A DNA stretch of 64,000 nucleotides from Lama guanicoe. Taxonomy: Eukaryota. The position numbers and the translations under genes are program-made. Shown piece after piece: positions 51,282 through 63,991 of this stretch. The notes below the pieces were generated by a model. That model was not told where the DNA came from. It did not search any database and was given only the letters and a program-made list of their open reading frames with translations. Numbering within the stretch: position 1 is the stretch's first letter; the number at the start of each line of letters is the position of its first letter. The stretch is from the NCBI GenBank assembly GCA_013239625.1, contig MU053934.1, positions 8,763,352 through 8,827,351 of the forward strand, read 5' to 3'.

Positions 51282-52145
51282 AGATGTTAGTTAATGAATA
51301 GGAAAATGGCCAAAAAGAATCCACGGAGAGCTGGCTTTTGAACAGTTCAAGTTTAGGAAGGATTTATGTGTAAGAGTACCTTGTGTTTTGGGTAACAAAG
51401 ATTAATAGCAAAACTTGACCAAGTATTATTATTGGGAGATTATTAAAAGCTGAGAAGCTTCTATATAATTACCCTACAGGGAGTCAGATTTTGGAGGACT
51501 TTGGAATGCCAGCATTTGAATTTTATTTTGTAGTTACTAAAGTGCAGTAAGTATTAAGTTGTATCTTAATGACCATGAGGTTCTAGAAACTTACTCTGGT
51601 GAGTTGTGGAGTTAAGGGCAAGTGAGAGTGGGGAAAGGTTATAGTAAGGAATTTAGGCTGTTTTTCAGGAGGCCTTGGTAGTGTCCCAAACTAATCAGTG
51701 GGTTCCTGGGCAAGGTAAGTAGCAGAAGAAATGGAGTTTTTTGGTCCATCTAGCTGGTGAGTTAGGGAAGAATCCAGCACAGCACTCAAAATAGAGTTCT
51801 CTATTGATTGTTTTTGTTTTTAATAGCAAATGGTATGATCTTAGGATAAGAAAGTAAATAACAGGTTTCAAGGAATGGATACAAGCAGCCACTTAGAATA
51901 GGTGTGTGTATCCATTGCGGAGATAATACCATCAGTCCCCTCCCCAAAGCACCATGGTTTTTGAGGAGTTAAGCTGATGGCTTACTTTTGAAGAGTTTAA
52001 ATTCTAGGATTGTTAACACATCCATATTAATCATATTTTGAACTTACAAATGATGTCCCAGTTTAGCAGTATGCAATTTGGGTAATTAAATATTCCGTCT
52101 TGGGAAATGTATTTCTATTAACTGTCTGTAGTCTAAAGAAGAATA

Positions 52146-52623
52146 CATGTATCTTCCTCAATTTATGTGGGATTACGTCACAATAAACCCACAATAAGTG
52201 GAAAATATTGTAAGTCAAAAATGCATTTAATACACCTAACCTACCGAACATCATAGATCAGCCTACCTTAAATATGTCCAGGACACTTACATTAGCCTGT
52301 AGTTGGGCAGAATCATCTGACACAAAGCCTGTTTTAAGTAGTGTGGAGTATGTCGTGTAATTTATTGAATACTGTACTGAAGGTGAAAAACAGAGTGGTT
52401 ACATGGGCGGTTGTAAGTGTATCGATCGTGATGGCCTGGCTGCTGACTGGGAGCTGCGGCTTCCTGCTGCTGCCCAGCATCACAAGAGAATGGCTTACCG
52501 CGTATCACTAGCCTGAGAAAGGATCAAAATCTGAAGTCAGGTTTCTACTTAAATGTGTATCATTTACATCATCGGAAAATTGAAAACTTTGAAGGCAAAT
52601 CATCTCAAGTCAGGGACCACCTG
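52146..52623 (+). mobile_element. TcMar-Tigger DNA transposon (MER47/Tigger5-like)
   Basis: aaaatgcatttaatacacctaacctaccgaacatcatag...acttacattagcctgtagttgggcagaatcatctgacacaaagcct...aagtcagggaccacctg. Confidence 0.8.
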
Positions 52624-52783
52624 AACTCATATTGGAGGTATTTCCAGTGCCTTATTCAAATTCTTGACTAAGGTTGACTTTACTGGATCATTCTTCAGGG
52701 AATTTTAAATATTAAAAATGTCTTGCCTGTAGCAGGACTATGTAAGTATCATTTGCATAGAATAAGTTAAGTATTTGTTGATT

Positions 52784-53093
52784 TAAAAAAATTTTTTTAA
52801 TTGCAGAATAGTCAATTTACAATGTTGTGTCAATTTCTGGTGTACAGCATAGTAGTTCAGTAGTACATGTATTCGTTTTCATATTTTTTTCCATTATAGG
52901 TTACTACAAGATATTGAATATAGTTCCCTGTACAATACAGTATAAACTTGTTTGTCTATTTTATATATAGTAGTTAGTACCTGCAAATCTTGAACTCCCA
53001 ATTTAGCCCTTCCTACCCCCTTCCCCCTCTGGTAACCATGTTTGTTTTCTATGTGAGTCTGTTTTCTGTTTTGTAAATAAGTTCATTTGTCTT
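52784..53093 (-). mobile_element. 5'-truncated L1 3' end (artiodactyl-type)
   Basis: tttacaatgttgtgtcaatttctggtgtacagcatagt...ataggttactacaagatattgaatatagttccctgt. Near-TSD gtatttgttgatt (52771) / gcatttgtttatt (53094). Confidence 0.85.
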
Positions 53094-53418
53094 GCATTTG
53101 TTTATTATTATACAGTACTTTAGATTTCTGATTTTTAAAAATCAGGTTTTTTTTCCCAAATGGCATTGGCTTAGTGTTGTTCAGAAAAGGTGCCAGTGTT
53201 CCTCAGGAAACCTCCCTCCCTCCTCATGTAATCCTTTATTGGATTTGTGACACTGGGAACCTGCAAAATTCTAATTAACACAGTGCTCACTGGTGTCAGG
53301 AATGTGTTTATCTCGTTTTGCGCTAAAATAAATTTTAAAAATTCTTCGTAAGAGTTATATCTTGGTCTAGGAAAGTAAACTTATTACTTCTTACGTTTTT
53401 ACTTTTAGGTTTGGGAAA

Positions 53419-53487
53419 ATGGCCAAAAGAATTGCCGAGAAGGAATTGACAGATAGGAATTGGGATCAAGAAGATGAAGCAGAAGAG
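53419..53487 (+). CDS. NUP50: Nucleoporin 50, exon 2 coding part (exon starts 53409): MAKRIAEKELTDRNWDQEDEAEE
   Basis: Acceptor ttttag|g, ATG in AAAATGG context, donor GAG|GTAAAA. Matches the Nup50 N-terminal importin-alpha-binding region. Confidence 0.97.
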
Positions 53488-53958
53488 GTAAAAAATAATT
53501 TCCTTAAGACTGATTTGCTGCTGCTTCCAAATTTAAGTTCATTTTGAAATTCCTTATGCAGACTGGTAAAATTAAGTCCTTTTAAAGAACATTCTGATCT
53601 GAAAATAGTATGTTTTCTTATGGTCTGTACTTGGTGTTGAAATTCATTACATTTGGGTGTGCTTTTTCACTGGTGCCTATTCCCTAAATATTTTGCTCCT
53701 TGGTAGAAGCACCTTCCTCTTGAATTTCATGCATTTATAGCATTCTAAGCCCATGGTTCTAGTCCAGACTGAAGGATGACTAAATGATCTAGTTGTAAAC
53801 TTAGCACAGTGCCAGTGCTCAGACTTGGAGAGGGGTACAGCACCACCCTCTCGGTTTGCCACACTCAAAAAGAGTTTTAGATTTTAGAACAGAGAGGTTG
53901 TCTCCTTTAATACTTCTTGAGGTTCTGTTTTATTTCATATTCTTACAGATCTGAAACA

Positions 53959-53967
53959 ACACACACA

Positions 53968-54002
<35 letters not shown>

Positions 54003-54095
54003 NNNNNNNNNNNNNNNNNNNNNNNNNNNNNNNNNNNNNNNNNNNNNNNNNNNNNNNCTCCCTCTCTCCCTCTCTCCCTCTCTCCCTCCCCCCCC
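53959..54095. repeat. (CA)n and (CT)n microsatellite spanning a 55-N assembly gap (54003-54057)
   Basis: Direct observation. Confidence 0.95.
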
Positions 54096-54519
54096 TTGCG
54101 TTAATAGGAATAGAATTTAGATTGGCCTAGTTTCTTTCCTAACAAAATAAAAATGGTCTTCCCTGAGGAAATCTTTTTAATTTTTCTCTTACAAAGACTA
54201 GAACACAGCTGCATTTCTAAAGTGTCTCATCAGCAGTTTGATACTCCCAGGCCAGTTCACTAAGGAATCTGTAACCAAGTTAGCCTTTCAAGTTAACAGA
54301 AGTGGGCTGAGTTAAAAATATACATCTGTATTTTTTAAAGAGTCTGCAGAAGCGTTTCCAAACTTACTCTTAGACTGCTATTTTTCTTCTTTCTGAATCT
54401 ATTTTCTAGTACTACTATTTTTTCCTTTGCAAATATTTGTACTAATATGTTTAAAGAAATCATAATTGTAAGTATGGGCTTTTGAAAGACACAGCTGTTA
54501 ACAATTCTGACTTGCTACT

Positions 54520-54618
54520 TTTGTTTATTTTTAATGGAGGTACTGGGGATTGAACCCAGGACCTCATGCGTGCCAAGCTTAGGCTCTACCACTAAGCTAT
54601 ACCTTCCCCTACCCCTCC
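54520..54618 (-). mobile_element. tRNA-derived SINE (Vic-1-like) in NUP50 intron 2
   Basis: aatggaggtactggggattgaacccaggacctcatgcgtgccaagc. TSD ctgacttgctactttt / ctgacttggtactttt. Confidence 0.9.
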
Positions 54619-55532
54619 CTGACTTGGTACTTTTTAACCAAGTCTCTAGTAACTACGTTTTTTTCCAGGTTTTAGGCACAGTTACATTCTGAGCCTAGTA
54701 AGATTTGGACTACCATATGATTTATTTTGACATTAAAATATTTCGGGAATGAAAAAACTTGCATTTGGGTAGATTCTAATGGAATGAATGTGGAAAGACA
54801 TTACATTTAATTTGGGTCAAGTGTAGCCAGATGGTCCTTTCTGTTGGTGTAGAGACATCTTTAACATTATCTGAAATAGGTATAGATGAGAACTTTTTAC
54901 AGAAAATATTTTATGCTTGTCCTCCAGGGTAAAAGGATTGAAATAAAGTCAAAGATTTTCAGCAACTTTCTGATTGTGGACTTGGTACTTTGAGTACACT
55001 GTGGAAGAGCAGAAGTTTTCTAACAGGGTCACTTAGAGCCCAGGTCCCTCGGTGGTCTTCTGGATACGGACAAATGGGCAAGGCTCTTCTTTAAAATAAT
55101 GTGTATCTTATGAGTATATAATTTATTTTTGAAAACCATAATAGTAAGTTACTGGATTTGGGCATCTGGGTAATGTCTTTGAATATATTTAAAATGTTTG
55201 AAGAATGGGTCATAGTTTTGTACCAAAGTTGTGATGGTCTCAGTCTTCTTAGAACTTTGATACATGTACTCTTCTCTCTGAATTGTGATTCAAAAGCCTG
55301 GATTTGTAGTTTCTGGAAGATTTCTGATTCACCTAACTAGCGTTGAAATTCACAAGATAGACAATAGATATAAACTTTGGTTTAAAATGCCCTCTCCATA
55401 ATGTGTTACCAGCAGTAATAGTACTTTAAAACCAGAAGATACTAGATCAGTTTGTCTGGTCTAGCTTTTTTGTTCGGCATTTTATCTTTTTTGGCCTGAT
55501 CTCATTGCTACTTAATTTGTATACTCCTGCAG

Positions 55533-55616
55533 GTGGGAACATTCTCAGTGGCCAGTGAGGAAGTCTTGAAGAATAGAGCCATAAAGAAAGCAAAACGTAG
55601 AAATGTTGGATTTGAA
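55533..55616 (+). CDS. NUP50: NUP50 exon 3: VGTFSVASEEVLKNRAIKKAKRRNVGFE
   Basis: ctgcag| acceptor, GAA|GTGAGT donor, 84 nt, phase 0/0. Contains the basic KKAKRR segment. Confidence 0.97.
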
Positions 55617-56934
55617 GTGAGTGTTTTCTTATAGTTTCTGGTATTAAACACTAATTTGACTTCAGAATTGCAGAGTATTTTCACCTCTGGGAGCAATCAG
55701 ATCTACAAATGCTTTTTAAGACACCTAGTCCATTTGTAAAAATCCTTGATTTAGACCATGGGAGATAGGGAAAAAAATGTGATATCTGTACCTTAAAGGG
55801 AACTTACCCAGTTGTGCAAATAAGATGTAGATGTAGACACATTTGAGTTGAGTGACAGTATGAAGAGAAAAAATGAATATAGCAATACAAAAGCAAGGGA
55901 GGTGGGTGTCAGATAGGAGTAAGAAAGGAAAATGTAAGGAATCCTCAGTCTTACCTGCTTCCTGGGATCGAGGTGTGGGTAGGGCCATATCGTTAAAAAT
56001 AATAGAAGCATTTCCCATTGTCGGTTTTCCTTCTGGTCTAGTATAGTCTATTAAAGTGTTTCATTCCTAGGTTCAAAAGGATAAGAGATGAGTTATAACT
56101 CATGAGCTGAAATCAGGTGGTCAGTGTTCAGCAACCATTCCATGTTTAACAACCCTTCCCCAGTACAGTTCTCATCCCTCAGATACATTCCAGACACGTG
56201 AGCACTGTCTTGGTAACCTGGACATCTGTTTTCAGGCAGGAGAAGCCAGGTGCTGTCAGGCAGTTCCAACATCCTGGGTGGCATCTTCAGAATGAACCCA
56301 CTCAACTGCACGTTCTGTGGTGGCTCTGTTAAATTTTTCTTTATTCTAAGTTCTTTCTGGTCTAATTTCATTCTTAGGACAGGTGACTAGTTGGATGTAG
56401 CTGTTGAGCCAAGCCCATTTCATGAAGAGATACAGTGGAGAGGGACAAGTTAATTAGGGGGGAAGTGATTGGTTTAGTGGTAGAAATGTATTTCAAGGGT
56501 TCTCAAGGAGACCACTAGGTATGCTGGTTGGCCACTCAGAGCAGGAATTGAGCTGAGAGGTGGGTGCGGCCCTGAGAAGTTTCCCTTCTAGCATGTTGAA
56601 GCCATGGGGGTGGATGGGAAGAGGCCTGAGAGTGGGGCTCGCGATGAAGAACGAGAAGCCAAGGGGAGACAGGCTCAAGGAGGGACGGTCCAGCTGTTGG
56701 ACGAGTGACAGTGAGGAGATAGAAACAGTGCAGACCACAGTCCAAACGTGGCCAAAGGGGAGGGGGAGGGAGAGTCCTGTGGCTACTGATGGAAATGAAA
56801 TGGATACTTGAAATCCATATAAAATTTTAGCTCTAACTTTTAGCATCGTTTCCCTCAGAACTTGTATATTAGGGAAATTCAATGTTGTTTCATCCATTTA
56901 AATACTGAAATGTGGCTTTTCCCATATAGTGGAT

Positions 56935-57125
56935 TTGTTTATTTGTTCATTCAAAGTTCTGCTAGGCACTGGAGACATTTGTGGGTAAAAACAGACCAAA
57001 TTCTCCCTGCCTTGTGGAATTTACATCCTAATGGTGGAAGAGACACATAAATATATAGTATTTGTTTTTCTCTATGAACGCCATGGAGGAAAAATAAAAC
57101 AAGGGAGGAGGATTGGAGGACACAG
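56935..57125 (-). mobile_element. L2 3' end fragment
   Basis: atttgttcattcaa...ctaggcactggagaca...ccctgccttgtggaatttacatcctaatgg. Confidence 0.65.
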
Positions 57126-58651
57126 GGATGTTTCAGTGCCCACAGATCCCAACTGGATAGCTTCTCATTCAACTTTTACTCTCATTTCTCTGAATGTCTC
57201 TCAGTCCTTTTTTTAAAAAACAAGTGGTTCTTGAATTTTTGTGATGATTTCTGGAGCCAATATAATGCAAGCAATTTCCAAAATAGGTATAGATACCATG
57301 TGGCTTTTTTAAATTGCACGAAATGAACGGCCCTGGAGAGTCACTTGCAGCTTTACAGTCTGTCTGTGAATTATTGTTACAAAATGGTAACTGTCAGTTT
57401 GGTTATATTTTGGATTTTGAATCATCAAAAATCAAACTTAAAGCATCAGAACCTGAGCTGAATTTATTACACGCATTGGGATTCACGCAAGTTAAGATTT
57501 TGCATTCTTGCCTAGTTTTGTTGCCGTGTGTCTACCAGTGGTCGGGCAACCATTCTGTAGACGTGATTGAAACTTGTATGTTTTTTGAAAGCTACAATAA
57601 TACAAGGCTAAAAAAAAAAATAATAATACGAGGCTAACTGGCCCATTTAGAAAATGAAGAGGTTCTAGCGTAAGTAATTTTTGTGAGATCATTATTACAA
57701 TTTATTTATGTGAGATCTTAAGGTATATGCACCCTCTTGGATGTTCTGAGCACGTATCCTATGATGTATCTTTGAGAATATTTCCTAGAGCCTCCCTTGG
57801 ACCTTTGGTCCGAGAAGCAAATCCACCCTGCTGTGGTGTAACCAATACTTTGAAAAAAGATCTTACAGAAACTGTAGTGACTTCAATAAGGCACTGTAAA
57901 CTGAGGAACTTCTCTCCTCAATTTCCCAAGGCCAGAGAGCAGCTTTAGAATGTCATAAGGAATGCCAGACATTTCCAGAGCGTCTTGGTTAGAGATGGCA
58001 GGAAGCTAGCAACAGCAGGACAAGCCTATAGGAAGGCCTTGCTAAAAAAAGCAACAAGAAAACCTCGAGAATAAAATGCTGCCTCTCGATTTCTCAACTA
58101 AGGGAAAGTCTGGAATTGGGAATCAGTTCCACTTCTCAAGTTTCTGTATGCTGAAAGCAGGTTGAAAGCCATGAAAATTCTTAGGGAAATTATAAGTAGT
58201 GGGTAAATACCTTCAGTTAACCTAACTTGATGTTTCTACAGCTTCCTTAGGCCAGTGGTCTTTGAGTAGTATGTGAAAAGTCTTTCATTTAGGGTTTAGT
58301 TGAATCGAGAATGGGTGTTTAATTATAGTTTTGTGGCTAAGTGGTGAATCCATGAATTTATTTTTTTAGTTTTTTTTAACCTTTTAGATCCTAAGTATGT
58401 TTTTAAAAATTATTTCATTATAAATTACAACTATCCATCCTGTTTCAGGAAGGCAGCTTGGGATCACAAAGCTGTCTTCATTAATAAAATCCACCTCATG
58501 GCCTATTTCTGCTTTGCTGGGAGTTTCCTTTAATGCTGCTTGCATAAGGATTCTAGGTGTGATGTAGCCAAGACAATACTTGTTATCCACTTGTTTATTT
58601 GGTGATTAAAAAGTAGAGTTAACTAATATATGCTCTTTTTTTTTATTTCAG

Positions 58652-58838
58652 TCTGATAGTGGAGCGGCCTTTAAAGGTTTTAAAGGTTTGGTCGTACCAT
58701 CTGGAGGAGGGGGTTTTTCTGGATTTGGTAATGGTGCAGGAGGGAAGCCTTTGGAAGGACTGTCAAATGGAAACGGCATGACTAGTGCCCCTCCCTTCTC
58801 CAGTGCAAGGGCAGCGACCGAGACCAAGGCCACCTTCG
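58652..58838 (+). CDS. NUP50: NUP50 exon 4: SDSGAAFKGFKGLVVPSGGGGFSGFGNG...ETKATF(G)
   Basis: T-rich acceptor tttcag|, donor TCG|GTAAGT, 187 nt, phase 0/1. Contains FG motifs. Confidence 0.97.
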
Positions 58839-59849
58839 GTAAGTAGGTTCTTCTCCGCTCACCACATCTGTGCAAAGATTTTCTATGAAAAAGAACTTTG
58901 CAAAGATGTTTTTCTTGTACTTGGCCTGGGTCCTGGGTGATATGAGCAAAACAGGGTAATAATGAAAGGGATAGAGATTAGGGAGCTTTTGGCTATTTAC
59001 AGAGTAAGTGAGTAGAGCACAGGCCAAAAAGTGACCTGGGTTTTATTCTCAGCTCTGCCAGTTAGCAGCTCTGTAACCTTGGTAAAGTTCCTTAGCCTCT
59101 GAACCTCCAAATCTTCAACTGTGGAGTGAATGTGACCCTCAGAATTGGCCTAAGGGTCAAAGGAGAAGAGCTGTTAAGGGGCCCTCTGTAAAGGGCTTCC
59201 TTCACACCCCCTCATTCACTATGCGTCACCAAGCCCTCCCCGGTGCCACACACCTGCTGACGATCTAGGAGCCAGTCTACATTTATTTTGCCTGGGAGAT
59301 GTTGGCCTGATGCCGTTTTGAGGGAGTTGGTCTTGAACTCTTGGGATTAGAATGGGTTAAAATCTCTGGTTCTTGGAAATTATCCTGATTGGTTGGATTA
59401 CTTAGCTAGTTGTTCTAAGAGTATATGCTGTTTCATTTAAATTAGACGGACTGTTTAGTGCCATTAAGATAAGCACTTTCTGTTAAAATTTTACCTGCAG
59501 CAGTACGCATTCACCCCTGCAACCTCGGGAATTAAGTTTTATACTGACCCAGTGTTTTGACACTTTGGGGTGAAATGGGCATCTTTTTGAAGGAAAAGAT
59601 TATTTTTAAATTATAGACATTTAATGTAAGCATATAATAGATTCTCTCTTCTAATACAAAGTTTGATTTGATATTTAGTATGAGTTTTGTAATAACAAAT
59701 TCCTGGATACTGTGTGCGCGCATCCTTCTTGAACTGTCACAAAAGTGGGTCACAGTGAAAGAAAATGTGAAGATGGGGGGGTGGGGTGTGGGAATCTAGG
59801 TGACTTAGTCCAACTTCTGAGTAAGTTCTTAAAACTGTGTTTCCTGTAG

Positions 59850-60515
59850 GGTCTGTTGCTGTAAATGGCCCTACCTCTTTGGTCGATAAAAAGATTTCAG
59901 ATCCCAAAACGAATGGCGACCGTCAGCAGCCCTCGTCCTCCGGCCTTACCTCCAGCCCAGCCCGCCATGGGAATGCCTACCACAAGCAGTTGGCTGCCTT
60001 AAACTGCTCTGTTCGGGACTGGATCGTGAAGCACGTGAACACAAACCCCCTGTGCGATCTGACGCCCATCTTTAAAGACTACGAGAAGTACTTAGCAGGG
60101 ATCGAGCAGCTGCATGTGGCCGGTGGCGGCAGCGGTTCTGAGGGTGAAACTAGCAAGATGTCAGCTGAAACAGAGCCTCCTTCCCTGTTTGGTTCAGCAA
60201 AACTGCAGCAGGAGTCAACTTTTTTGTTTCATGGCAACAAAACTGAGGATACATCTGAAAAGAAGTTGGAGGCGGTGTCTGAAAAGAATAAGGACCCATC
60301 CCCGGGAGCAACAAGCGCCTCATTTAACTTCGGCAAGAAAATCGATAGTTCTGTTTTGGGCTCCTTAAACTCTGGCCCCTTGACTGGATTTTCATTCTCT
60401 TCTGGAAACTCCAGTTTATTTGGCAGAGATACTACCCAAAGTAAACCAGTTTCTTCACCATTTTCCACTACAACACTGGAGAGCCAAGGAGAAGGTGGCA
60501 ACAGTGAACGCAAAG
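59850..60515 (+). CDS. NUP50: NUP50 exon 5: (G)SVAVNGPTSLVDKK...YHKQLAALNCSVRDWIVKHVNTNPLCDLTPIFKDYEKYL...GGNSERK(G)
   Basis: Lies within ORF 59837-60550. Acceptor ctgtag|, donor AAG|GTAAAC, 666 nt, phase 1/1. Conserved Nup50 central helical motif and FG repeats. Confidence 0.97.
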
Positions 60516-60599
60516 GTAAACGGAAAGTCAGCCCCCGGCGTCAGCTTTAGGTTGTGTGGGTTCTGTGTGTAGTGGGAGAGTGTAGGCTGGTGAGTGAGG

Positions 60600-60790
60600 T
60601 GGGTCTGACTCACGTCGTGGCTCCACCGTTTCCCAGCTGTGGGTGTGATTCTGGACAGAGCTGAGTAGCTTCTTTGAGTCTGTTTCCTTATTTGTAAAAG
60701 CGGAGTAAGACCTGTTTGTAGAGTTGTTCTATGGATTAAGAATATAAAGATGATAATATAAAAATACCTGGCACAGTGACTTTGAAAAGT
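60600..60790 (+). mobile_element. MIR
   Basis: tgagtctgtttccttatttgtaaaagcggagtaa...gttgttctatggattaa...cctggcacagtg. Confidence 0.7.
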
Positions 60791-60838
60791 TTCAAACATA
60801 CAGCTTTCCATTAAAAAAAATTAAGTGAATTAACATTT

Positions 60839-61017
60839 AAAAAATTAACTTAAATATTTAATTTATAATATATTTTTAAATTGAAATATAGTTGTACAGT
60901 ATCATGTTACAGGTATACAATATAGTGATTCACAGTGTTTAACGGTTATACTCCATTTATAGTTATTATAAAATATTGGCTATATTCCCCATGCTATACA
61001 ATACATCCTTACAGCTT
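60839..61017 (-). mobile_element. Very short 5'-truncated L1 insertion in NUP50 intron 5
   Basis: tttttaaattgaaatatagttgtacagtatcatgttacaggtatacaatatagtgattcac...tattggctatattcccc. Perfect 14-bp TSD gtgaattaacattt at 60825-60838 and 61018-61031. Confidence 0.85.
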
Positions 61018-62445
61018 GTGAATTAACATTTTTTGAAAATTGTATTTTATTGAAAAAATTCATCATGGAGGTCCTCTGAATTGTTTTTTTTGGGAGATTT
61101 GATTATAAGTACAATCACATAGCAAAACAGTACTGTAAGTAAAAAAGGTAGACTTTTCATAGCCATGGGGAACAAGTTGATAGTGTTTTCCCAAGATGTG
61201 TCTGGGTTACAGCCGCCTTTCTAGAAGCTTCCTGTGGTGTGTGTTGGTACCCTAGGCCAGGCCTTAGTCCCAGCCCCTCCACTCTGTTCACTCCCTGAAA
61301 AGAGGGGTTTGCCGTAATCCCTCTTCATCACATGGTGGCTGTGAACAAATAATGTCTGTGAAGATACAAGCAGTTGAAAGTACATCTCAGGCATTAACAC
61401 AGTGATCCTTGAGAGGGAAGACTGCAGTTGCCAATATAACCCTGAATATTATGTTTTTCTTCCAGGAGCTAAACTTCCATTCCATTGTCTTGCCCTGCCT
61501 TCCGCTGTATCCTCAGGCAGTGGCCTTCCAGGGCAAAGGATGGAATAAAGGTCTCCCCCTTTACTTCTTCTTGGCCCTAAACAAGACCGATGGAGAGTCT
61601 TTCCTGGGTCTAGGACAGTCACAGGGGCACTGCAGCTTGTAGAAGGGATGTGGAATTTGAATTGAGTCTCCATCTCAGCAGGATGCTTAGTGCTTATCTG
61701 AGGTTATCACGTTTTATGCACAGACTTGGAGAGCTTGTTCAAATAACTGGGGCCTGGGGCACGGGGTGCACACTCGAGGGCCCAACTCAACAGTTCCTCC
61801 TTAAAACTGAAATCTTGTGACCTGAATTTTTTGAGCATCAGGATGGCTTTTCTTCGAGTCACTGTTCAGTGAATTTTTTGCAGTTACTTTCTCTTTAAAG
61901 GGGTCAGTGTTTGTTTCTAACAGTGACTTGGGAGACCCTGTGGTGGGGGCACTAGAGTGAACGAAAGTGCTGCTCGGCCCAACTCAGCAGGGCCCCGTGG
62001 TACTGGGGTGTCCGCGGTGTGGCTGTCCAGACAAAGTTTAAGTCGCTTATACTTGGCTTCAGGCTGATTTCTCTTAACACTTTCCCTGGAAGTCTTTTAT
62101 TTCCTTCATCTTCTTTGGCTGTTGCTCATGTTGATTACTCCTTGGCTGGTGCAGGTGCGGTCAGCGGAGTGTTTGGGGGTGAAAGTGTTAGAAACCTGTC
62201 TGAGGTTTGCATTTTCCAGTGGGTGATCTGAGTATGTATGAGCGTTGACTTTTTCTGTGTATGTGCACTGAGTGTAAACAGGGGCACTTTTTCATTCCAA
62301 GGCTTTCTACAAAACTCCAGTGCATGCCCCCCCCACACACACAGTTAGACTGTGCTTTCAGTTTCTGTATCAGCTTGCATGGAATTTATCACATTTTCAA
62401 GCTCTTAATTTGAACCTTCCTGAACGAGTGCTGTTTTTGTGAAAG

Positions 62446-62527
62446 GTGGAGATGAAGATGAGAACGACGAGCCGCCCAAAGTGGTAGTCACTGAAGTGAA
62501 AGAAGAGGATGCTTTTTACTCCAAAAA
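62446..62527 (+). CDS. NUP50: NUP50 exon 6: (G)GDEDENDEPPKVVVTEVKEEDAFYSK(K)
   Basis: Acceptor gaaag|, donor AAA|GTAAGT, 82 nt, phase 1/2. Leads into the Ran-binding domain. Confidence 0.96.
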
Positions 62528-63991
62528 GTAAGTCACCGTCTCGGGAGTCCACTTGACAGACGTGGAAGGAGGCTGTGGCCGGCGTGTGCGGGTGGCGTCC
62601 CTGCGGAACTCATTGCACATTCCACCCTGGGGTCAGGCTGTGCTGCTCTTTGAACTGGAACAAGGAAGAATTCTTGGCCTATTTATTTAAAAACAATCCA
62701 ATTCCAGAAATTTTCTGCTGGGCGTATCCTACTCTTATCTGTTAATTTAGTTCTTTTCTGCTTTTAAAATGCTTTAAAGACAGTCTTTTCTCTGGTCCTG
62801 CCCCGTCTCACTCATCCTCCTCTCTCCTCTCCTCCTCCCTTCTTTCCCCTCCTCCCCGACAGAGACAGTCACTGCTTTCAGGTTCAGTTTTCCTTCTGCT
62901 CTTAAATTAGGCAGCATCTCGGATTCCTTCCTGGAGACATCGCTGGCTTTCGTGGATTCTCTCACAGCCAGAAAGTCCTGCGTAGTAACCATCCCTCTCC
63001 CGAGTGATGAGAGCAGTTGGTTTTTTTGTTTTTTGTTTGTTCAGTGAGCTACTTTCAGAAGACAGCTGAAGGGAAGTTTTGAATTAACCTCTCAGTGAAA
63101 TGTAGTTAGTGGTTTTTAACAAAGATACTTACTTGAAAAACATTTGTGCCATTTTAGAAGCTTCCCTGGATATGTTTTTCTAATACAGAAATTTCAGACT
63201 TAACAAGGCAGCTGTTTTCATAGTTTAAGTCACTGTACCCTGTGGGATTCCCAAGTGTTGTTTATTTGTGAGAGCTTTTAAGAGACCAACAATTCCTTTT
63301 ACCTGTTTTAAAATTTAGTTACACAGGTGACCTGAAGGAGTGACCCTGAGTTAAGATCTTTTTCTAGTAAATCAAAGATGCAGGCAGTGGTTTTGATTTG
63401 TCTATTAAAAACCTAAGGCGCTATGTGATGTGTGAGGCTGGGAGGTGTTTGATTGCATTATCATTAGTTAGGCCTTGCTTGAGGGTGTTTTCCAGACTTA
63501 TTTCAGCATCTTGGGACATCAGAAATTGGAGGGGTCCTGAAGAGAATTCAGAAATAAGAAACAGGAAAAGTGGAAAGAGGTGGGGGCGGGGGGCGGACAG
63601 CAGAGTGTCTGTCCTGTGTTTGCTCCTGTTCTTTAAGGACCAAGTCAGCTCTCAGGCTCAGGGCTGAAGGAGCACATCAGGAAGCGTGGGGTGCTTGGCC
63701 GTGACTTTGATTGACTTTTGAGAAAAGATAGTTTCAGAAAGCATTGTTAGAGACTTGTCTGAGGCCCAGTGTGTAATAATGCAGAGAAACGTGGCGGGTC
63801 CTTGACCACCTCACCAGGTGCTCTACCTGGCTCGTGCCCAGACCTGACCTGTGTCGACAGAGGGCTCTTCTAGGCTTCCTCTGCTGCCGCGTTGTAGCGG
63901 ACGTCCGCCACGTGTGAACGGGGCTGTTAGAAAGGTGCGCCTCCTGGTTCGTCGCTGAGTGTCTGATCCTACCTGTTGTTCTTCTCCATAG

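Noticed and set aside
54003..54057. Run of N
   Set aside because: An assembly gap at a microsatellite, not a biological feature.
59837..60550. 237-aa ORF as a stand-alone gene
   Set aside because: It is NUP50 exon 5 plus intronic read-through at both ends. The splice sites at 59850 and 60515 fit the phases of the neighbouring exons.
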